From the NCBI GenBank assembly GCA_964486045.1, contig CAZALK010000002.1, forward strand, positions 265,811-329,810: DNA of 64,000 bases, given 5' to 3'. Of this stretch, positions 58,002-64,000 are shown in pieces. Below the pieces are notes generated by a model. It was not told where the DNA came from and ran no database searches. It was given only the letters and a program-made list of their open reading frames with translations. Numbering within the stretch: the stretch's first letter is position 1; each line of letters opens with the position of its first letter. Both the position numbers and the translations under genes were made by a program. The stretch is from an uncultured archaeon (lineage in GTDB: Archaea > Asgardarchaeota > Lokiarchaeia > Sigyniarchaeales > SOKP01).

Positions 58002-58075
58002 TCATTGGCATGTTCATCGTAAAATTTCTTTCTATAGTTCTTTATTTTTTCAATTTCCTTATCTGCTTTCTTCAT
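57800..58075 (-). pseudogene. Class I SAM methyltransferase truncated after motif I
   Basis: FYDEHANDYD...ILDIATGTGFL, after which similarity is lost. Confidence 0.75.
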
Positions 58076-58678
58076 TTTCGAATAGCTATTTCATTTCAAT
58101 TAATATTTGTCCTAATCCACTAAAAACCTAACAGAAATATAATTTTTTCCTTAATATCTCCTATCATTATTAATCCAACGTCAATAAGGAAGTTAGTAAT
58201 AACTCTAGGCTCAGCAATTGTTCCTTTTTTTCTTTCGTTTTTAGGATTAGGATAAAAAATAGCATAAAAAATCGTAAATCCGACTCTTTTCCCATTTTTA
58301 ATAGTATTACAAACGCTGATGCTGCTAAACATATTCTTATATAGATAAACTCGCTTTAAGAAGCTAAACAAAATGTCGCAGAATTTTTTGATTTGTGTTA
58401 TACCAGGAAATTGTATAAAAAAAAGTAATGAAATTCTAGGGTTTCTAGAGAAATCTCAAAATAAGATAATTCAAAGGCTTCTATGGAATTCTCGAAATAC
58501 CTTATATTTGCGATCTTAACCTCTATCGAAAACTTTGGAATTCAATTCCTTTTGAGAAATCTCTATTCTAACTTGACAAAAACAAACTAAAGCATTAAGA
58601 AAACTTAAAAGGTTTTAATAATGTCATTTATAGAGTATTAAGTCATTATACCATAATCAAATGAGTTGAGTCAGTAGT

Positions 58679-59170
58679 TTGAAGATATTGCATTATGAAC
58701 AAAGTTATGAAACTCAATTAATAGCTCTTATTGCCATAAATCGAATCGCGCTAGCTGAATTAAGGAAAAGAGAAAAACAGCTCGATATGGATGCTGCAAG
58801 AGAAGAGCTGAATTATTATCTCAATAAGGATTTTCCCATTTTTTTAGCTGTCAGTGAAAATCAGGACTTAATTGGATTTACCGTATGTAGAGTGGATGAA
58901 GAAATTGTTTGGGATGAATTGTTATTTGTCATACCTGAAGAAAGGCGAAAGGGAGTCGGATCTGCATTATTTAAAAGGGCTGAAGAATTTGCGAAAGAAT
59001 TGGGAGGATATACATTATATAACTGGGTTCTTCCAAATAATTATAGGAGCATTCCCTTTTTAAAAAAGCATGGATATGAGGTTTTGAATCTTATAGAAGT
59101 TCGCAAAAGGTTACCTAATGAGACTTTAACTCAAAAAATCAAAATAGGTAAATTTGAATATGATTATTAG
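58679..59170 (+). CDS. GNAT family N-acetyltransferase
   Basis: LFVIPEERRKGVGSAL and NYRSIPFLKKHGY. Confidence 0.92.
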   Translation: MKILHYEQSYETQLIALIAINRIALAELRKREKQLDMDAAREELNYYLNKDFPIFLAVSENQDLIGFTVCRVDEEIVWDELLFVIPEERRKGVGSALFKRAEEFAKELGGYTLYNWVLPNNYRSIPFLKKHGYEVLNLIEVRKRLPNETLTQKIKIGKFEYDY

Positions 59171-59213
59171 ACTTTAATGACAACTTGTTTTAAAAAGGAA
59201 TCTAAAGATTCCT

Positions 59214-59294
59214 AAATCAGACTTTGAATTTCCTTTACTATACTTTTAAGGATTTTTTGAATAGTTGAATTTTTTTAAGGATATAACCACATGT
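59214..59294 (-). repeat. ~81-bp inverted repeat, arm 2 (3' end of a small membrane ORF)
   Basis: Matches 54223..54303. Confidence 0.9.
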
Positions 59295-59420
59295 CCCAAT
59301 ACATATCAAGCTGATAATAAGATTAGACAACCCTAAAAATAAAATTTGGTAATAAATTGTTATGTTATACTGATAAATTGTACATGCATCAAATAAAACC
59401 TTAAATGCGTTAAACATCAA
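59238..59420 (-). pseudogene. Small membrane-protein ORF, likely a 3' remnant
   Basis: One TM segment and basic tail; C-terminus TCGYILKKIQLFKKSLK is also encoded at 54223. Confidence 0.5.
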
Positions 59421-59500
59421 TAGTGTGAAGAGGAAAAATTTTAAATTTAGATCTCCTAGCTCTATTCATGTAATCAATCATTGGAAATCTATCTTTAAAG

Positions 59501-62239
59501 TTATTCTCCCTTTTTTTTTATAACTTTTTTGCGATATTTTGAAATAAGAATTAAAGAAGCTACCCCAACTGATAGAACTATTACCATAATTATTGTTAAA
59601 GTAATAGATAGATTACTTAATGATGATAATGGGTCAGTACCCATTTGAATTTCTTGTTCATCACTATATCGATCACCATCAGTATCAGAGCTGGTAGGAT
59701 CTGTGTGATATTTATTAACTTCATCACCATCACTTAATCCATCACCATCGGTATCAGCGTTTGTAGGATCCGCATCATATTGATACTCTTCCTGATTCGT
59801 GAGTCCATCACTATCCCCATCAAACGAAGCATCACTACTCCATAAAGGGTTTAAACCAAAATTAACCTCCCAACCATCACTTAATCCATCACCGTCAGTA
59901 TCAGAATTATTTGAATCAGTAAAATAAGTGATATTCTCATTTCTATCACTTAATCCATCACCGTCAGTATCTAATTCATGTTTTAATAGAAATACATCAA
60001 CATCACTTTCTTCCCCAGAATTACCAGTATTACCCGTGATAAATGTATTTCCCGAAGAGTCTAATGCTATTCCTCTTACAGAATCATCTGCAGAGCCCCC
60101 CCATGTTTTAGTCCATAACATATTCCCAGACGAATTGTACTTTAAAAAAAATACATCTGAAGAACCTGCTCCATAACTCCGAGTCACACCTGTTATATAT
60201 GTGTTTCCTGAAGCATCCAACGCGATTCCTCTTCCATAATCATTATCAGAGCCTCCCCATGTTTTATCCCACAAAAGATTTCCAAATGAATCATATTTTA
60301 ATAAAAATGCATCAGAATAACCTGCTCCGTAACTAGAAGTCTCACCTGTTATATACTGGTTTCCCGAGTTATCTACAGCAATTTCACGTCCAGTTTCACC
60401 ACTAGAGCCTCCCCATGTTATATCCCACAGTAGATTTCCAGATGAATCGTACTTTAATACAAATACACTCGAATGACCTGCTCCGAAACTCCAAGTCACG
60501 CCTGTTATACAAGTGTTTCCTGAAGCATCTAACGCTATACCATATGTATACTCATGACTAACTCCTCCCCATGTGTTATTCCACAGCAAATTTCCAGCCG
60601 AATTGTACTTCAATAAGAATATATCATCAGAACCAGCTCCGTAACTCAAAGTCTGACCCATAATAAACGCGTTTCCTAAATCATCTAACACTATTCCAAT
60701 TCCTAAATCCCTTTCAGAGCCCCCCCATGTTTTATACCACAGGATTTTTCCAGATGAATCTAATTTTAATATAAATGCATTGGGAGAACCAGTTCCATAA
60801 CTCTCAGTTGAGCCCGAGATATATACGTTTCCTGAAGCATCTAAAGCTATATTAGGTGCCCACTCATCATCAGAACCACCCCATATTCTTTTCCACAGTA
60901 GATTTCCCATCGAACTATACTTTAATATAAATACATCGGAATAATATCCACTGAAGGTATGAGTCTTTCCTGTGATATAGGCGTTCCCCGTTGAGTCTAT
61001 GGCTATTCCATAACTATAATCATAGTCTGATTGCCCCCATGTTCTAGACCATAACAAATTTCCATCCGAATCGAACTTTAATAAGAATACATTATCTTCA
61101 CCTTCTCCCTCATAAATACCAATAGTACCAGTGATAAATATGTTTCCCGAAGAATCTAACGCTATTTCAGAGACATCTTCATGAGAAGAACCTCCCCAAG
61201 TTTTATTCCACTTAAAGCTGTTTATATTAGCAAGAGTTTGTAAAGATGTTATAGTTCGTTTGCCTGTATCTAAGGAAAAGCCAAGAAAAATGGTAAAAAA
61301 CATGATTAAACTAATTAAAAGAGATATTTGTATCACTAACTTTTTTTTTTTTTTAATTAGTGTGATTAAACTCACATCCAAATTCTTTTTTAATATAGAT
61401 ACACCATGAATTATTAATCCAATCCCCACCAAAATAAATAACACAAAAATTGAGTTCAAGTCCATCATGCTTGCAGATGTTCCTTCTGATTCCAATCCTT
61501 TCACATACATATTAAAACTTAAAATGCCGAAAAGCGAGAAAATAACGATTACGCCACCGAAAATTATTAAAATCATCCCAACGAGCAATTTATTGCTCCC
61601 TTTTTCAGGAGGATTAAAATAAAAAAAACCGATAAGTAGTGATGAGGCGCCAATAATTAAAAGGTTTAAGTGAAATGCCGTATTAAAAAATGGATATAAG
61701 GTCGAAGATATGATTGACAGGTATAATGGACGGGACACCCAAACGACTAGTGTTATTCCAATCGAAACAAAAATCACACCCCTGATAAGCTTCATATTTT
61801 TTTGGTTTGTGATGATTATGAATAGCCCGTGTAAGAGTAAAACCATTCCTGATATTATAAAAGAAGCCAAGATTGGAATATCGTTCCAAAATATATAGAT
61901 GGTTGAAGTTCCCCCAAATCTTACCACAAGAACAACTATCATAAACATTGTAGAAAGAAATAGAAACCCCCCTATAATGGTTGAAATTGAACCAAGGACA
62001 ATAATTCCCTTCCTCGTTCTCCTTGGTTTTAAAGTGAATGTACCGGTAAGAATGAAGGCTATTCCAAGGATACAATAATTTATCATGCGCATCGTTCCAA
62101 AGGTAAATGGAAGACTTATCATGTAAAATAATGGGAAGAAAAATATTGCTATAATAATTATTCCAATTAAATTTAAGACGACTCCTTGTAATCTCCTTTT
62201 TTCCTTTGGTTCCATTTTTTCAAGCATTTTATTGATCAA
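59501..62239 (-). CDS. Multi-TM surface protein: ~9 TM, SBBP-type beta-propeller, DxDxDG calcium-binding repeats, C-terminal TM
   Basis: Eight KYDSSGNLLWxxTWGGS...IALDxSGN repeats; five D[TS]DGD[GR]L-type repeats. Confidence 0.9.
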   Translation of the reverse strand: MINKMLEKMEPKEKRRLQGVVLNLIGIIIIAIFFFPLFYMISLPFTFGTMRMINYCILGIAFILTGTFTLKPRRTRKGIIVLGSISTIIGGFLFLSTMFMIVVLVVRFGGTSTIYIFWNDIPILASFIISGMVLLLHGLFIIITNQKNMKLIRGVIFVSIGITLVVWVSRPLYLSIISSTLYPFFNTAFHLNLLIIGASSLLIGFFYFNPPEKGSNKLLVGMILIIFGGVIVIFSLFGILSFNMYVKGLESEGTSASMMDLNSIFVLFILVGIGLIIHGVSILKKNLDVSLITLIKKKKKLVIQISLLISLIMFFTIFLGFSLDTGKRTITSLQTLANINSFKWNKTWGGSSHEDVSEIALDSSGNIFITGTIGIYEGEGEDNVFLLKFDSDGNLLWSRTWGQSDYDYSYGIAIDSTGNAYITGKTHTFSGYYSDVFILKYSSMGNLLWKRIWGGSDDEWAPNIALDASGNVYISGSTESYGTGSPNAFILKLDSSGKILWYKTWGGSERDLGIGIVLDDLGNAFIMGQTLSYGAGSDDIFLLKYNSAGNLLWNNTWGGVSHEYTYGIALDASGNTCITGVTWSFGAGHSSVFVLKYDSSGNLLWDITWGGSSGETGREIAVDNSGNQYITGETSSYGAGYSDAFLLKYDSFGNLLWDKTWGGSDNDYGRGIALDASGNTYITGVTRSYGAGSSDVFFLKYNSSGNMLWTKTWGGSADDSVRGIALDSSGNTFITGNTGNSGEESDVDVFLLKHELDTDGDGLSDRNENITYFTDSNNSDTDGDGLSDGWEVNFGLNPLWSSDASFDGDSDGLTNQEEYQYDADPTNADTDGDGLSDGDEVNKYHTDPTSSDTDGDRYSDEQEIQMGTDPLSSLSNLSITLTIIMVIVLSVGVASLILISKYRKKVIKKKGE

Positions 62240-62633
62240 TATTTAAATGTGTCTTTTTATTTTTTAATCCTTTCTTATTGAGACCTGGGGAAAGAAAAAA
62301 GATTAATGCCAAAGTTCTCTAATGATTTCGTCATTGAAATTCATTTTTAATCTGTATTTCTATAATTCTTGTCGTATAAAACTAAATATGCTCTTAAAAT
62401 AAAAATTTTTTGGTCAAATTATTTATTAATAAATTTCGTACCCACTCTTGTAGGAGTGGAAATGTAATAATGTTCCTAGTTTTTGGGCATCTTCATATCT
62501 CACAATTGAGCAAATTGACCCCATTCTTGATTTTTGACCTTAAAATAAACTATCTATTTCTATCTAACTTATCTTGAAAATATCCCATAGCAGTAATAAG
62601 TTAATTTTTATAAAATACTCTGAACTAAAGCAT

Positions 62634-62662
62634 AAAGGGAAATATAAGGAAGATTTCCCTTT
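62634..62662. promoter_or_regulatory. Perfect 10-bp inverted repeat between divergent genes
   Basis: AAAGGGAAAT-ataaggaag-ATTTCCCTTT. Confidence 0.4.
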
Positions 62663-62740
62663 TCTATTATAAGCAAGAAGAAATGTGTTTCTAATATTCA
62701 TAGGAAAATTCCGTATGAAACATACTTAAGAGGGTGTAAA

Positions 62741-63184
62741 TTGTCAAAAATAGGCTTGAGTATAAGTATGATTGGAGGTATTTTATTCTTTATTTTAATG
62801 TATTTCTTTGCTAGATGGTATTATTATCTGTTGAAATTTGATATGGAATCTGTTCTATTCTTTTATTTTTTTCTACTCACTAATGGAGGTGCAATAGTTG
62901 GGGCACTTTTAGGATTCATAGACAAAAGTTGGCAAATAGGTCAAAATAGACAAATAAAATCGGTAAGAGCTGGGCGTATTATGTGTTTTTTTGTAGGATT
63001 CAGTTTACCTCTATTTTTGTTAATTAGTTTTTTAGGCGCTAAATCTCTTACTTTTGCAGAGTTTTTTGAAGTTTTAATTGAAATATTTTACATCTCTCTC
63101 CCAGAATTGCTCTTATTTATCGGTGGTATTACCAGTATTATAGAATTGGAATTAGAACTAAGAAAAAATAATTTAAAAATATAA
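62741..63184 (+). CDS. Four-TM hypothetical membrane protein
   Basis: Four hydrophobic segments; GAGGGTG upstream of TTG. Confidence 0.75.
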   Translation: MSKIGLSISMIGGILFFILMYFFARWYYYLLKFDMESVLFFYFFLLTNGGAIVGALLGFIDKSWQIGQNRQIKSVRAGRIMCFFVGFSLPLFLLISFLGAKSLTFAEFFEVLIEIFYISLPELLLFIGGITSIIELELELRKNNLKI

Positions 63185-63513
63185 AAAATATAAGTATAGA
63201 AATTTTAAAGAATTCATAGATGGTGAGATATATGATAGAAAAAGAAAATAGAAGGGGATTGGTTCGAATTTCTATGGATTTAAAGGGAGAAAAAAGCCTT
63301 ATTTAAGAGAGTGATACCCAGGTTATATGAAGCAAAACGACTTAAAGCTTGCGAAATTGTTTATGTCGTATAAATAATTATGTAGAATCAATAAAACTGA
63401 TATGATTATTAAATCCAATTACTGTACAACCATTTACTAACGGAAGATAAAAACTTCAAGCTCTCCGTATTTAGAGGCTTAAGAATATAATCTTTAATAT
63501 AATCTTTAAGATA

Positions 63514-63852
63514 TCAAATTGCAATACCTTTCTTTCTGAATGATGGTATAACAGCTAATTTACTTTGCCCTAGTTCTTCAAACGTTTCAACAAACCACAT
63601 AGTCAATATTTCATTATCCTTTTTTTCTGTCCTCTGAGAGCAATGCACATACCCCACAGGTTCATTATCCACATAAGCAAGCCAAATTTTACTTTGGGGA
63701 TCTTTTATCCAGCTACCTATTTCATTTGGACTTAGGTTTCTATAGCCATAAAGTATCCCAAATTCTTCAATGTACGACATAAAGGCTGAATTATGAATAA
63801 AGCACACATCTTCAGTTTTATCTTCTTCATATGTTATAATTAAAATATCCAC
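63514..63852 (-). pseudogene. GNAT acetyltransferase truncated after motif A
   Basis: EPVGY...LAVIPSFRKKGIAI*; no motif B. Confidence 0.7.
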
Positions 63853-64000
63853 TATAAGACAACCATTAAAGATTTTTTTTGAAACTATTTTAAATTAAGA
63901 TTTTTGATAAAAAAAGATTAATGTTTGGTTTTTAAACTTTTTTTAAATGAATATAAGTTTATGAATGTGTCACTCTTTTGCAAGTCCTGAGATTTAGATC

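Noticed and set aside
58120-58371. 83-aa ORF
   Set aside because: No motif or convincing start; probably decayed sequence
60050-61215. DNA-level repeats of ~153 bp as a mobile or diversity-generating feature
   Set aside because: Explained by propeller blade-coding repeats; no reverse transcriptase in the window
371-62075. Many short overlapping ORFs in the track (e.g. 371..691, 4049..4384, 5975..6229, 11444..11791, 32641..33078, 36570..36989, 42449..42727, 61683..62075)
   Set aside because: Antisense or off-frame shadows of well-supported genes, with no motifs
52939-62542. Shared 11-mers (ACCCCATTCTT, TAAGGTCAAAA) between 52.9 kb and 62.5 kb
   Set aside because: Flanks do not align and relative orientations are inconsistent; compatible with chance

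Overview
A 64 kb AT-rich archaeal fragment, very probably from a Lokiarchaeia (Asgard) genome. The assignment rests on tandem Rab-like small GTPases, a Loki-CTERM-like IPGY anchor, a Loki-type 'EFWAHCSNLQAW' family gene, an LRR protein and tungsten-type AORs. The first ~45 kb is anaerobic amino-acid catabolism and redox. It holds OTCase, carbamate kinase and ornithine aminotransferase, and a lysine fermentation cluster (kce-kdd-kamA-kamB-kamD-kamE) that lacks kal and kamC but has a probable Kat transaminase and a family III CoA transferase nearby. It also holds two AORs, an Fe-ADH, a 3-hydroxyacyl-CoA dehydrogenase, HypB, and an HdrD-like protein with a GltD/NfnB module inserted inside its first CCG domain. 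Five toxin-antitoxin pairs are interspersed. The most notable structure is a 3.3 kb integrase-less island (44992-48290) bounded by an exact 80-bp duplication of a ferredoxin gene 3' end. It carries three winged-helix proteins and a HEPN (Rx6H)-winged-helix protein, and is a candidate uncharacterised defence system. The same signature, cargo flanked by a duplicated and often diverged copy of the neighbouring gene's terminus, recurs at up to four places. Also present are a solo 59-bp attC-like site, an unannotated 55-aa double desulforedoxin-like peptide, a SUFU gene split by an in-frame TAG, and a 120-bp MITE-like element. The last ~14 kb is a plasticity zone full of gene fragments. No rRNA, tRNA or CRISPR array was recognised. 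All family calls are by eye; no searches were run.
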